Below, in pieces: positions 37,406 to 47,671 of a stretch of DNA of 64,000 nt. This DNA is from a virus, in IMG/VR virus record IMGVR_UViG_3300042868_011225, positions 1 to 64,000 of that record. One strand, 5' to 3'. Position numbers and translations under genes: made by a program. The notes below the pieces were generated by a model, which saw nothing but the letters and a program-made list of their open reading frames with translations, had not been told where the DNA came from and made no database searches. Position 1 is the first letter of the stretch; every line of letters begins with the position of its first letter.

Positions 37406-38521
37406 ATGGCTGTAAAACCAAAAAAAACAAATGAAAAACCAGTAATTGAAAAAGTAGCATTCGATTTAGATTCATTCTTAGAATCAGAAAACATTAACTC
37501 AGAACCAAAAGATAAAGAATTATCATGGGTTCCATTATCAAAAGCATGGCATGATGCTTTAAAACTACCTGGATTTCCACGTGGATATTTATCTCTAGTA
37601 AGAGGTTATTCAAACACTGGTAAATCAACAGCGTTTTATGAAGCGATTGCAGGATGTCAAAAGATTGGGGATTTAGCCGTAGTAATTGAAACTGAAGGTA
37701 ACTGGAACACTGAACACGCAAAACAAGTAGGTGTTAAATTTAAAGAAGTTGTAAACGAAGAAACTGGTGAAATTACTGAGAAACCAGATGGTTTTATCTT
37801 GATTAGAAACAAGGATTTGTACAATATGTATAAAAACTACAATCATCAAGATAGTAAAATGATGACTAAACCTACGAGAGGGGAACCAGTTATCGAAGAC
37901 GTTTCATTATTCATTAGCGAAATGCTTCAAAAACAAGAAGATGGTATTATTACCAATAATATGTGTTTCCTATGGGATTCTATCGGTACACTTAACTGTT
38001 ATAAATCAGCTTGTTCAAATACTAGCAACAATATGTGGAATGCAGGTGCTATGGGTTGTTTCCAAGCTATAGTTAACTTTAAAATTCCTTCTAGTAGAAG
38101 TATGGATAGTGAATATACCAACACTATGATTTGTGTTCAAAAAATATGGTTAGATAATATGAACGGAACGGTAGTGAAACACAAAGGTGGTGAATTTATG
38201 TTCTTTAATTCTAGAATTATTGTTCATATTGGTGGTATTCTTACTCACGGAACTAAAAAGTTAACAGCAGTTGCTTTGGGACAAGATTTCCAATTCGGAA
38301 CTGAAGCTAAAATCAGATGTGAGAAAAACCACGTTACAGGTATTGAAAGAAACGGAAGCATTGCATCAACACCACACGGTTATGTTAACCCAAGTGAATT
38401 AGATGCTTACAAAAAAGAAAAAAGACAATTCATCCATGATGCATTAAATGTTAGTTATGATGAAGAAATCAGTTTTCAAGAAACTGAAGGTCGTCTTGAA
38501 GGAGATGATATCAGAGAGTAA
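37406..38521 (+). CDS. uvsX: RecA-like recombinase (UvsX-like)
   Basis: GFPRG, Walker A GYSNTGKST, IETE, Walker B FLWDSIG, KGG motif, C-terminal KNH. Confidence 0.85.
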   Translation: MAVKPKKTNEKPVIEKVAFDLDSFLESENINSEPKDKELSWVPLSKAWHDALKLPGFPRGYLSLVRGYSNTGKSTAFYEAIAGCQKIGDLAVVIETEGNWNTEHAKQVGVKFKEVVNEETGEITEKPDGFILIRNKDLYNMYKNYNHQDSKMMTKPTRGEPVIEDVSLFISEMLQKQEDGIITNNMCFLWDSIGTLNCYKSACSNTSNNMWNAGAMGCFQAIVNFKIPSSRSMDSEYTNTMICVQKIWLDNMNGTVVKHKGGEFMFFNSRIIVHIGGILTHGTKKLTAVALGQDFQFGTEAKIRCEKNHVTGIERNGSIASTPHGYVNPSELDAYKKEKRQFIHDALNVSYDEEISFQETEGRLEGDDIRE

Positions 38522-38555
38522 CAAAAAACGAGTATTAACCTTATAAAGGTTTAGA

Positions 38556-39608
38556 ATGAACAAAAGACCACCAAAAAATGGTGAAATTAGAGAAGAAATT
38601 CAAAATACACTTTTAGTAGACGGAAATGCCCTGTTTAAACGGGGCTTTTCTGGTGCTAAAGACTTGTATAACAAAGATGGCCTCCATATAGGTGGAGTAT
38701 ACCAATTCCTTACAACACTTCGTATGTTGCTAGAACAAGAAATGTACCACAGAGTCTATGTATTCTGGGATGGTAATTTCAGTGGGAAACTAAGATACGA
38801 AATTTACGAGCCATACAAAAGTGCTCGTGGTAAAGACTACATAAACGGCACTCAGCCAATTGACGAATCAGAATTAAAACAACGCAGAATCGTTTGGGAT
38901 TACCTAAATGAATTATGTATCAGACAATTAAAAGATGAGGTTATTGAAGGTGATGACTTTATAGCATATTATTGCCTTACCAAAAACAAAAACGAAAAAA
39001 TAACTATCTGCACCAATGATAGTGATATGGCTCAACTAATAAATGAAGATGTTAGAATATTTTTCTTAAACTTTAAAAATTATGTTGGTAAAGCCAATTA
39101 TTCTTCGTACTTTAGCCATAATCTAGAAAATTCAATGTTGATTAAGTCAATGATTGGAGATACAGCAGATAGCATCAAAGGAATTAAAGGTTTAGGTGAA
39201 ACGACACTATTAACTCATTTTCCAGATTTGACAAAAAGAAAAGTAACTTTAAATGAAATTATAGAACAAGCTAGTAAACAACAAGAAGAAAGAATCGCAC
39301 TAAAACAGAAACCTCTTAAGGTGTTACAAAACATCATAGATGCCGTTACTGATGGAGTTCAAGGGAATAAAATATATCAAATCAATGAAAGATTGGTTAA
39401 TTTATCTAAACCTATGATGACAAAAGATGGTATAAGAGCGTTAGAACTACTTAAAAATGGTTCTCTACTACCTGAAAACAGGGAATTTACAAAAGTATTT
39501 GAAATGATGAAAAGTCATGGAATAGATAAAGAAATTGGGGAATATCGATACCCAGAATATCTAGTCCCTTTCAAAAAGCTTATCGATAGAGAAATAAAAA
39601 ATAATTAA
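38556..39608 (+). CDS. 5'-3' exonuclease/flap endonuclease (T4 RNase H or Pol I N-terminal type)
   Basis: LLVDGN, VFWDG, YKSAR, EGDDFIA, DSDMAQL and helix-hairpin-helix GDTADSIKGIKGLGETT. Confidence 0.9.
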   Translation: MNKRPPKNGEIREEIQNTLLVDGNALFKRGFSGAKDLYNKDGLHIGGVYQFLTTLRMLLEQEMYHRVYVFWDGNFSGKLRYEIYEPYKSARGKDYINGTQPIDESELKQRRIVWDYLNELCIRQLKDEVIEGDDFIAYYCLTKNKNEKITICTNDSDMAQLINEDVRIFFLNFKNYVGKANYSSYFSHNLENSMLIKSMIGDTADSIKGIKGLGETTLLTHFPDLTKRKVTLNEIIEQASKQQEERIALKQKPLKVLQNIIDAVTDGVQGNKIYQINERLVNLSKPMMTKDGIRALELLKNGSLLPENREFTKVFEMMKSHGIDKEIGEYRYPEYLVPFKKLIDREIKNN

Positions 39609-39626
39609 AATTAAATTTTAAAAAGT

Positions 39627-40157
39627 ATGTCACAAACAATAGAATTACAAAGAAGAACACCAGTAGAAATAGAAAGATTTGAATTTTCTTTCTTCGTTAA
39701 CGATAATATTATCTGTCAAAGATATTTCAAAATTAGAGATTTTGATGAAAATTTTGCACCGTTAGATGAAGCAGCTGCTAGAGTGTATAAAGCTAATCCT
39801 GCTAAAGAATTAGAAAGGATTAACGTGCTAAAAGAATTAGGTGATTCAGTAGCTGGAATACAAGATGGTATTCTTCCGAATTACTTGAAAAAGAAATCAA
39901 TCGATTACTTATGGGATAATTACAAACCATATTATGCTCAAAATGAAGATTCGTATAAAACCCCACCAAAGAAAGGTGATGTGTTTCAATTTGAAGTTAA
40001 GGTAGATACTATGCCTATACTTAAAGTTGAATTTCCTAACGAATATTTCACTTTAAATCCTAAAATCAATGTTGATATTAGAGAAGTTATTCAAGAAATT
40101 ATTACTGATGTAAGATATTTCTTGAGTGTAAAAAATAATGCAAAAGTGTCGAATTAA
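39627..40157 (+). CDS. Hypothetical protein
   Basis: 176-aa ORF in the replication operon. Confidence 0.7.
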   Translation: MSQTIELQRRTPVEIERFEFSFFVNDNIICQRYFKIRDFDENFAPLDEAAARVYKANPAKELERINVLKELGDSVAGIQDGILPNYLKKKSIDYLWDNYKPYYAQNEDSYKTPPKKGDVFQFEVKVDTMPILKVEFPNEYFTLNPKINVDIREVIQEIITDVRYFLSVKNNAKVSN

Positions 40158-40170
40158 TTCGATGCTTTTG
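40141..40170 (+). other. Long hairpin spanning the stop codon, immediately before a TATTTATA motif
   Basis: caaaagtgtcgaat-ta-attcgatgcttttg, then TATTTATA at 40173-40180. Confidence 0.5.
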
Positions 40171-40210
40171 TATATTTATAATAACAATGTTTTAAAAGAA
40201 AGGAAAGAAA

Positions 40211-41629
40211 ATGGCAAAAATAGACAAAAGTAATTTAGGATATCTAGGGGCTGAATATCAGTTAAGACTTATCGCTCAGATACTTACCGATAGAAAATTC
40301 GGTAATGCAATCATAGATATTGTTAATCCAAATTACTTTGAAGATGAATACTTAAGAATTGTTGTTGGTGCAATTAAAAACGCCAAAGCAAAAGATGATA
40401 TTATTCCAGATGTTGGTAGTTTGGAATTTAGGTTGTTAGATGAGGTTAAAGACGATACCCAAAGACGATATGCTTTAACACAACTAAGAAAAATAAAAGA
40501 AGCTGACCTTAATGACACTCTTTACGTGCAAGAAACTGCAATGAGATTTTGTAAGCAGCAAGAGCTTATGAAAGCTTTGGCTGAAATTAATAAAATTATT
40601 AGTAAAGGTGAAGTTGATAACTACGAAGAATTAGAAAGTAAATTAAGAAAAGCACTTGAACACGGTGATAGCAAAGATGATGGTATAAACGTATTCGATG
40701 ACATTGATTCTGTTTTGGCAGATGATTTTAGAAAACCAATTCGAACTGGTATTGAAGGGTTAGATGAAATTATGGATGGAGGTTTATCAAAAACTGAATT
40801 AGCTATAATCCTAGCACCATTCGGAGTTGGTAAAACAACAATGATGACCAAAATAGCCAATACGGCAATGCTTGATGGTTATAAAGTTTTACAATTATTT
40901 TTCGAAGATAGTACAAAAGTAATTCAAAGAAAACACTTATCTTGTTGGTCAAAATTTGACCTTAATAGTTTATCAATCCATAAAGAAGAAGTAAAAGAAA
41001 TGGCAGCTAATATGGTTGCTAATAGTAAAGGTAGTTTAGGTGAGATAAGACTTAAAAGATTTTCTAGTGATGGGACAACAATTCCTATTATTAGACAATA
41101 CATTAGAAAATTAATTGCAACAGGTTTTAGACCAGATGTTGTAATCTTAGATTATATTGATGTAGTAGAACCATCAAGAAGATTCGATGATGTAAATGCA
41201 GGTGAAGGTAGTGTAATGAGACAATTCGAAACAATGTTGTTAGAATTAGATATTGCAGGTTGGACAGCTGTTCAAGGTAATAGAAGCTCTATCAAAGCAG
41301 ATGTAGTTGAAGCTGACCAAATGGGTGGTTCAATCAAAAAAGCACAAATTGGACACTTCGTAGTATCTATAGCTAAAACACTAGACCAAAAAGATAAAAG
41401 TACTGCTACTATGGCTATTCTTAAATCTCGTTTTGGTAAATCTGGGATGATATTTGAAGATATCGTATTTGATAATGCTAGAATTCAAATAGAAATGGGT
41501 GAAAACAAACAAGCTTCTACTCGTACCGAATATAAAAATAATGTAGAGGTTAAAGGTCAAAAAAGAACCAATGAAGTGTTAGATGCTATGTTAAATAGAA
41601 ACACTGCTTTAAATAGTGACCTTGTATAA
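40211..41629 (+). CDS. dnaB: DnaB-like replicative helicase (T4 gp41 family)
   Basis: IRTGIEGLDEIMDGGL, Walker A APFGVGKTT, VILDYID, WTAVQGNR, LKSRFG. Confidence 0.92.
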   Translation: MAKIDKSNLGYLGAEYQLRLIAQILTDRKFGNAIIDIVNPNYFEDEYLRIVVGAIKNAKAKDDIIPDVGSLEFRLLDEVKDDTQRRYALTQLRKIKEADLNDTLYVQETAMRFCKQQELMKALAEINKIISKGEVDNYEELESKLRKALEHGDSKDDGINVFDDIDSVLADDFRKPIRTGIEGLDEIMDGGLSKTELAIILAPFGVGKTTMMTKIANTAMLDGYKVLQLFFEDSTKVIQRKHLSCWSKFDLNSLSIHKEEVKEMAANMVANSKGSLGEIRLKRFSSDGTTIPIIRQYIRKLIATGFRPDVVILDYIDVVEPSRRFDDVNAGEGSVMRQFETMLLELDIAGWTAVQGNRSSIKADVVEADQMGGSIKKAQIGHFVVSIAKTLDQKDKSTATMAILKSRFGKSGMIFEDIVFDNARIQIEMGENKQASTRTEYKNNVEVKGQKRTNEVLDAMLNRNTALNSDLV

Positions 41630-41654
41630 ATAAATAACAATAAAAAACAAAACA

Positions 41655-42608
41655 ATGATTGAACCAATTTTAAAACCAAACCCAGATAGGTTTGTTATTT
41701 TTCCAATTGCCCACCAAGATTTATGGGATTACTATGAAATCGAATTAGAAGCGATGTGGACAGTAAAAGAAGTTGACTTATCCAAAGACATTGAACACTG
41801 GAATAAGAAACTTAACGATAATGAAAGATTTTTCATTAAAAATGTGTTGGCATTTTTTGCTGCATCGGATGGTATTGTAAATGAAAACCTAGCTATTAAC
41901 TTTTTAAATGAAGTTCAATACCCAGAAGCTAAATTCTTTTATGGATTTCAAATTATGATGGAAAATATCCATAGTAATATGTATTCACTTCTTATTGATA
42001 CTTACATCAAAGACTTAAAAGAAAGAAATGAATGTTTCAAAGCAATTGAATACATGCCACCAGTAAAGAAAAAAGCTGAATGGGCACTTAAATGGATTGA
42101 ATCAGATTCATTTGTTGAAAGACTTATTGCATTTGTTGCTGTGGAAGGTATTTTCTTTTCAGGTTCATTCTGTAGTATCTTTTATTTAAAATCTAGAGGT
42201 CTTATGCCAGGTTTATGTGATTCTAATACGTTTATTTCTAGAGATGAGGCATTGCATGCTGATTTTGCAATTCATTTATTAAACAATCACATCGTAAACA
42301 AACCAACCAAAGATAGAATTCGTGAAATCTTTTTATCTGCGTTAGAAATCGAAAAAGAATTCATTACTGAATCTTTACCAGTTTCATTGATTGGTATGAA
42401 TGCTGATTTGATGAAACAATATTTAGAATTTGTTGTAGATGGGTTATTAATTCAATTAGGTTGTGAAAAAGAATTTAATTCAAAAAACCCATTTGAATTT
42501 ATGAATCAAATCACACTTAAAACAAAACAAAATTTCTTTGAAGGAAGGTCCTCAGAGTATAAAGCGGCTGATTTATCTGGTGCTATTTCATTTGATGAAG
42601 AAATATAA
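41655..42608 (+). CDS. nrdB: Ribonucleotide reductase class Ia beta subunit
   Basis: [21 protein letters not shown] (radical Tyr), [22 protein letters not shown]. Confidence 0.97.
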   Translation: MIEPILKPNPDRFVIFPIAHQDLWDYYEIELEAMWTVKEVDLSKDIEHWNKKLNDNERFFIKNVLAFFAASDGIVNENLAINFLNEVQYPEAKFFYGFQIMMENIHSNMYSLLIDTYIKDLKERNECFKAIEYMPPVKKKAEWALKWIESDSFVERLIAFVAVEGIFFSGSFCSIFYLKSRGLMPGLCDSNTFISRDEALHADFAIHLLNNHIVNKPTKDRIREIFLSALEIEKEFITESLPVSLIGMNADLMKQYLEFVVDGLLIQLGCEKEFNSKNPFEFMNQITLKTKQNFFEGRSSEYKAADLSGAISFDEEI

Positions 42609-42616
42609 GTAAAAAT

Positions 42617-44926
42617 ATGCAAGTAATAAAAAGAAACGGACAAAAAATAGATTTTAATCCAAATAAAATCTTACTAAGAATAAAAAAACAATCAGATGGG
42701 TTAAAAGTTAACCCTGATGAGTTGTTCTTGAAAGTAACGCAAGGTATTGCAGACAACATGACCACAAACGAAGTTGATGACTTGATTTCGATTGTTGCTG
42801 AATCATTATCAATGAATCACCCAGATTATTCAATCTTGGCAGCTAACATAGCTATTAGTAAGCTTCATAAAGAAACTGAAGATAACTTTATGAAAGCAAC
42901 CAAGAAACAATACAATGCTGGATTGTTAAATGATTTCTATTACAATAAAGTAAAAGAAAATATTGAACTTATTGAGTCAGTGATTAATTATAAAAGAGAT
43001 TTTCATTTTGATTATTTTGGATGGTGTTCACTCAAAGACATTTATCTTTTGAAAACAAAGGACGGTCAATTGGTTGAAAGACCACAACAATTATATATTC
43101 GTGTTGCTCTTATGGTAACTAATAATGCTGAAGATTTTATAGAAAAATATAATGATTTAAGCAATCAAAAAGAATCTCCAGCAACACCAATTAAAATCAA
43201 TATTGGAACAAAGATTGGTCAAATTGCATCATGTAATTTATCAATTGTTCCAGATGATTCAACTGAAGGGTTATTAGGAATGTTAGGTAGAATATCTATT
43301 TCATCTTCTAAAGCTGAAGGAATTGGATTAGCAGTTTCAAATATTCGTTCTAAAGAAACCAATGTTGGTAATTCTGACGGTAAAGCAGGTGGTATATTCA
43401 AATATCTTAAAGTAGTAAATGAAGCACTTAGATTCTGGAACCAACGTGGTAAAAGACCTGGTTCATGTGCTATTTATATAGAACCATGGCATAAAGATAT
43501 CTTTGATGTGTTGGATATGAGAAAGAAAACTGGTGATGATACACTTAGGGCTAGAGATTTATTTTCAGCACTTTGGATTCCAGATAATTTCATGAGAGCA
43601 GTAGAAGCAAATTCTGATTGGTATTTATTTTGTCCCCATGACATCAAAGTAGCTGGTTTAAAACCATTTTACGAAATTTACGGAGCTGAATATGAAGAAG
43701 AGTATAATAAAGCTGTAGAGATGGGTATTGGTACCAAAATCAAAGCACATGATTTGTGGTTGAAAATACTTGAAGCACAAATTGAAAGCGGAATGCCTTA
43801 TATGTGTTTTAAAGATTCAGCAAACATCAAATCGAACCAAAAGAATATGGGTGTTATTCACTCTAGTAACTTATGTAGTGAGATTATGGAAGTAACAGAT
43901 GCCAACACAACAGCTATTTGTACACTTACTAGTATTCCAGTACAAAAATTTGTTGTTGATGGGGAGTATGATTATAGCGAATTAGGTCGTGTTGCTCGTT
44001 CAGTAACAAAATCACTTAATATCGCTATTGATGTAAACGAATATTCTACCGAAGAAGGTCGTAAGGGTGGTTTAGAGCAAAGAGCTCTAGGAATTGGTAT
44101 CCAAGGTTTAGCTGACGTATTTGCGTTGCTTAAATTGCCTTTTACAAGTCCATTAGCTAGAACGATTAATAAAACAATCTTCGAAACGATTTATTTCAAT
44201 GCGTTGAGACAATCATGCGACTTGGCAAAAGAAACTGCTTTAACTTATGATGGTTACGAAGGTTCACCGATATCGCAAGGTATTTTCCAATGGGAAATGT
44301 GGGGTTTAACTGAAGCTGATTTATCTGGAATGTATGATTGGAAAACATTAAGAGAAGACATTTTAATTTATGGGGTTAGAAACTCTTTGGTTACAACATG
44401 CCCACCAACAGCAAGTTCTGCACGTGTAATTGGGTCAAATGAAGCTTTCGAACCATTCACATCTAACTTATATGTTCGTAGAGTAACTGGTGGTGAGTTT
44501 GCAATGGTGAATAAACACTTGGTTAGAGAATTAGAAGAAGAAGGAATTTGGAATAGAGAAACACTACAAGAATTGATGAAAAATGATGGTAGTGTTCAAA
44601 ACATACCAACAATTAATGAAGATATTAAAGAGAGATATAAAACAGTTTGGGAAATATCACAAAAATCTCTTATTGAAATGTCAGCTGAGAGAGGGCCATT
44701 TGTAGACCAGTCACAAAGTCTTAACATTTTCTTTTCTACACCAACAGTTGGGAAGTTAACTACTTCACATACACTAGCATGGAAATTAGGGCTTAAAACA
44801 GGTCAATATTATTTGAGAAGTGAATCAGTCGATAACAAAGCGAAACACTTAGCAATCGATATGGATAAGAATAAACCAGAAAAACCGCAAGACAGTCAAT
44901 TTGAATGCTTCGGTTGTTCATCATAA
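42617..44926 (+). CDS. nrdA: Ribonucleotide reductase class Ia alpha subunit with ATP cone
   Basis: N-terminal VIKRNG ATP cone, SC, SNLCSE, PTAS, DQSQS, KTGQYY, C-terminal CFGC. Confidence 0.97.
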   Translation: MQVIKRNGQKIDFNPNKILLRIKKQSDGLKVNPDELFLKVTQGIADNMTTNEVDDLISIVAESLSMNHPDYSILAANIAISKLHKETEDNFMKATKKQYNAGLLNDFYYNKVKENIELIESVINYKRDFHFDYFGWCSLKDIYLLKTKDGQLVERPQQLYIRVALMVTNNAEDFIEKYNDLSNQKESPATPIKINIGTKIGQIASCNLSIVPDDSTEGLLGMLGRISISSSKAEGIGLAVSNIRSKETNVGNSDGKAGGIFKYLKVVNEALRFWNQRGKRPGSCAIYIEPWHKDIFDVLDMRKKTGDDTLRARDLFSALWIPDNFMRAVEANSDWYLFCPHDIKVAGLKPFYEIYGAEYEEEYNKAVEMGIGTKIKAHDLWLKILEAQIESGMPYMCFKDSANIKSNQKNMGVIHSSNLCSEIMEVTDANTTAICTLTSIPVQKFVVDGEYDYSELGRVARSVTKSLNIAIDVNEYSTEEGRKGGLEQRALGIGIQGLADVFALLKLPFTSPLARTINKTIFETIYFNALRQSCDLAKETALTYDGYEGSPISQGIFQWEMWGLTEADLSGMYDWKTLREDILIYGVRNSLVTTCPPTASSARVIGSNEAFEPFTSNLYVRRVTGGEFAMVNKHLVRELEEEGIWNRETLQELMKNDGSVQNIPTINEDIKERYKTVWEISQKSLIEMSAERGPFVDQSQSLNIFFSTPTVGKLTTSHTLAWKLGLKTGQYYLRSESVDNKAKHLAIDMDKNKPEKPQDSQFECFGCSS

Positions 44927-44933
44927 CAAAATC

Positions 44934-44960
44934 AAAGGGACCTAAATGGTCCCTTTTTTT
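44934..44960 (+). terminator. Intrinsic terminator ending the replication block
   Basis: aaagggacc-taaat-ggtcccttt followed by a T-run. Confidence 0.85.
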
Positions 44961-45020
44961 ATTTGCCATATTTACTTATAAAAATAATTTATTATCATAT
45001 TTATCTAAAAAAGAATAAGT

Positions 45021-45398
45021 ATGAAATATATTAATATAAATTACCCATTTAAAGACAGTCCTAAAGGGTTTTTTTTAGATTTAAATTCTGATGATGCATC
45101 AGCTATTAAAGCTGACCTTATGCATTTAGTTTTAACTAGAAAAGGACAAAGACTTTACAACCCAGATTTCGGAACAGATTTATTAAAATTTATCTTCGAA
45201 CCCAACGATGGTTTAACACTTGCAGATATTAAATCAGAAATAACTACAGTAATAAAAAGATATTTACCTAAACTAAGTGTTGATGGAATAACAGTAGTTG
45301 AATCCCCTGAAAGTGAATATGCTGCAGTAGTTACAATAAAATATACAATAACAGATGATGTCTTTACTACACAAGACTTAGTAATAATAAATATATAA
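45021..45398 (+). CDS. gp25: Baseplate wedge subunit (gp25/GPW-like)
   Basis: IKADLMHLVLTRKGQRLYNPDFGTDLLKFIFEP; TATTTATC at 44998. Confidence 0.9.
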   Translation: MKYININYPFKDSPKGFFLDLNSDDASAIKADLMHLVLTRKGQRLYNPDFGTDLLKFIFEPNDGLTLADIKSEITTVIKRYLPKLSVDGITVVESPESEYAAVVTIKYTITDDVFTTQDLVIINI

Positions 45399-47218
45399 TG
45401 GCAAATACAGGAATACAATATACCTCTAGAAACTTCGCTGAAATACGTAGCGATTTGGTGAATATGGTTAAACAATACTATCCAGATGTTTTTGGAGATT
45501 TTAATGATGCATCGGTAGGTATGATGCTTTTAGAGCTTAATGCGGCTGTTGGTGATATGTTATCAACCAATACTGATAGAATGTTTCAAGAAACACAAAT
45601 TGATTACGCTAAAGAAAGAAAATCAATTCTTTCCATGGCTAGAACATTTGGGTTAAAAATACCAGGCAAGAGACCTAGTGTAACGATTGTAGATTTTTCA
45701 GTAACCGTTCCAGTGTTAGGTGATTCATTTGATATCTCATACGCTCCAATTATTAGAACAGGTTCCCAAGTTAATGGAGCTGGTAAAATTTTTGAAGTTA
45801 ATAATGATATTGATTTTAGTAATCCGTTTAATATAAGCGGAATACCTAATAGACTTATAATACCAAATGTTGATTCAAACGGTAATTTATCTAATTATAC
45901 TTTAACAAAAAGAGAAATTGTATCTAATGGTTCTTCTAAAGTTTTTAAAAGAGTTTTAACTAGTGCCGATGTTAGGCCATTTTTAGAGATTGTTTTACCA
46001 GAAGATAACGTAATTTCAATTGAGTCAATCATTACATTACCAGGAACTAACTTTACAAAGTTGCCAACACTTGATGATTTTTTAAACTTAGATAATAGAT
46101 GGTTTGAAATGGATGCTTTAGCTGAAGATAAAGTTTTTATAGAAGATAATTCTAGAATTACCGATAGTACTAGTGTAAGACCAGGAAAGTATATTTCAAC
46201 AAATAAAAAATTTATTAGAGAATATACAGATTTAGGTTTTACCAAGATTATTTTAGGTGGTGGTAATCAAGATACTAGTAGTCTTTGTGATTTTGATACA
46301 AATATTGCTTTGGTTAATCAAATTGGTGATTTTATCAATAATATGTCTTTAGGTGTTACACCAACAGCTAATACTACTATGTTTATCAAATATAGAGTGG
46401 GTGGTGGTTCAGAAAGCAACGTTGGGCCAAACGTATTAACTAGTGTAGGGTTAATAAACATGAATGTTAACGGCTCTAAACCATTGATAAATGCAGCTGT
46501 TAAAGCTTCTCTTACAGTTAATAACGCATTTCCAGCTTTAGGTGGTAAAAATGAACCTAGTGTTGAAGAAATTAGAAATCTTGTAAGATATAATTTTGCT
46601 TCACAAAATAGAGCTGTAACCATTAAAGATTATCAAACTAGAATAGCTCAGATGCCTGGTAACTTTGGTGTACCATTCAGATGTGGTGTTTTTGAACAAC
46701 AAAATAAAATTAAAGTTTACATTCTTAGCCTAGATGCTCAATCTAAATTAACAAACAATTCAACTAGTGTTCTTAGAGAGAACATAGCAAATTATTTAGC
46801 TGATTTTAGAATGATTAATGATTACGTTGAAATCACCAATGGTAGAATAATTAATTTAGGTTTTCAAGTTGATTTAATGGTTGATAAAAAACAACCACAA
46901 GGTCAAATCATTAGTCAGGTAATTTCAGACATACAATCGTATATGGATATAAACAAATATCAAATGGGTGATAATATTTATCTATCATCATTGATAGAAA
47001 CTATTAATAATGTTGCTGGTGTATTAAACGTAATTGATTTGAGAGTTTATAATAAAGTGGGACAAGGTAAATATAGTCTTAATGAAATTTCCCAACCATA
47101 TTCTGACGTTAATACTAGACAAGTAGATATTATAACGGATTATACCCTTTTTGGTGAACCGATTAGTATGTTTGAGATTAAAGACCCAACTACCGATATC
47201 ATAGTTAGAGTAAAATAA
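45398..47218 (+). CDS. gp6: Baseplate wedge subunit (gp6/baseplate J-like)
   Basis: YTSRNFAEIRSDL, SILSMARTFG, IKYRVGGG, GGKNEPSVEEIR, QNRAVTIKDY. Confidence 0.88.
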   Translation: MANTGIQYTSRNFAEIRSDLVNMVKQYYPDVFGDFNDASVGMMLLELNAAVGDMLSTNTDRMFQETQIDYAKERKSILSMARTFGLKIPGKRPSVTIVDFSVTVPVLGDSFDISYAPIIRTGSQVNGAGKIFEVNNDIDFSNPFNISGIPNRLIIPNVDSNGNLSNYTLTKREIVSNGSSKVFKRVLTSADVRPFLEIVLPEDNVISIESIITLPGTNFTKLPTLDDFLNLDNRWFEMDALAEDKVFIEDNSRITDSTSVRPGKYISTNKKFIREYTDLGFTKIILGGGNQDTSSLCDFDTNIALVNQIGDFINNMSLGVTPTANTTMFIKYRVGGGSESNVGPNVLTSVGLINMNVNGSKPLINAAVKASLTVNNAFPALGGKNEPSVEEIRNLVRYNFASQNRAVTIKDYQTRIAQMPGNFGVPFRCGVFEQQNKIKVYILSLDAQSKLTNNSTSVLRENIANYLADFRMINDYVEITNGRIINLGFQVDLMVDKKQPQGQIISQVISDIQSYMDINKYQMGDNIYLSSLIETINNVAGVLNVIDLRVYNKVGQGKYSLNEISQPYSDVNTRQVDIITDYTLFGEPISMFEIKDPTTDIIVRVK

Positions 47219-47281
47219 TCTTTCCTTATTCATTATTTAGGTTATATTAATCCAAATAATAAAAATTAAAAAAATAAAAGT

Positions 47282-47671
47282 ATGAGTTGCGGATGTAAAG
47301 CAAAAAAAGGTGAAGGAACACCAACTAACTTGTTAGATAATAATGAAAATAAACCTAAAGTATCTATAACAACTAATATTATTCATTATTCAATGAAAAT
47401 GATAGGTTTTTTAGTTGCTATGGTTTTATTACCTATTATAATGGTGGCAATTGCTTACTATATGTTTAATTTAATAGTAATGACCAAGGAAATAGATATC
47501 AAACCATTATTTATTTCATTATCTAAATTTATGAAAAAAGTAGCTAAAGATAATGCTGACGATGATGATGACGATGATGACGATGATGATGATGCAGAAT
47601 GGGAAGATATTGACCCAGATGAATTTGAATTAATAGGTGTAGATGATATAACAAATAAAGAGAATAAATAA
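47282..47671 (+). CDS. Small membrane protein with N-terminal CxC and a poly-Asp tail
   Basis: MSCGCK; hydrophobic MIGFLVAMVLLPIIMVAIAYYMF; D12 run at 47558-47593. Confidence 0.65.
   Translation: MSCGCKAKKGEGTPTNLLDNNENKPKVSITTNIIHYSMKMIGFLVAMVLLPIIMVAIAYYMFNLIVMTKEIDIKPLFISLSKFMKKVAKDNADDDDDDDDDDDDAEWEDIDPDEFELIGVDDITNKENK

Noticed and set aside
37406-44926. Introns or inteins in recA, helicase, nrdB or nrdA
   Set aside because: All have ordinary lengths and contiguous motifs.
10548-47281. tRNA or other structured RNA genes in the intergenic gaps
   Set aside because: The gaps are short and extremely AT-rich. No cloverleaf or T-loop signature was seen; only terminator-like hairpins.
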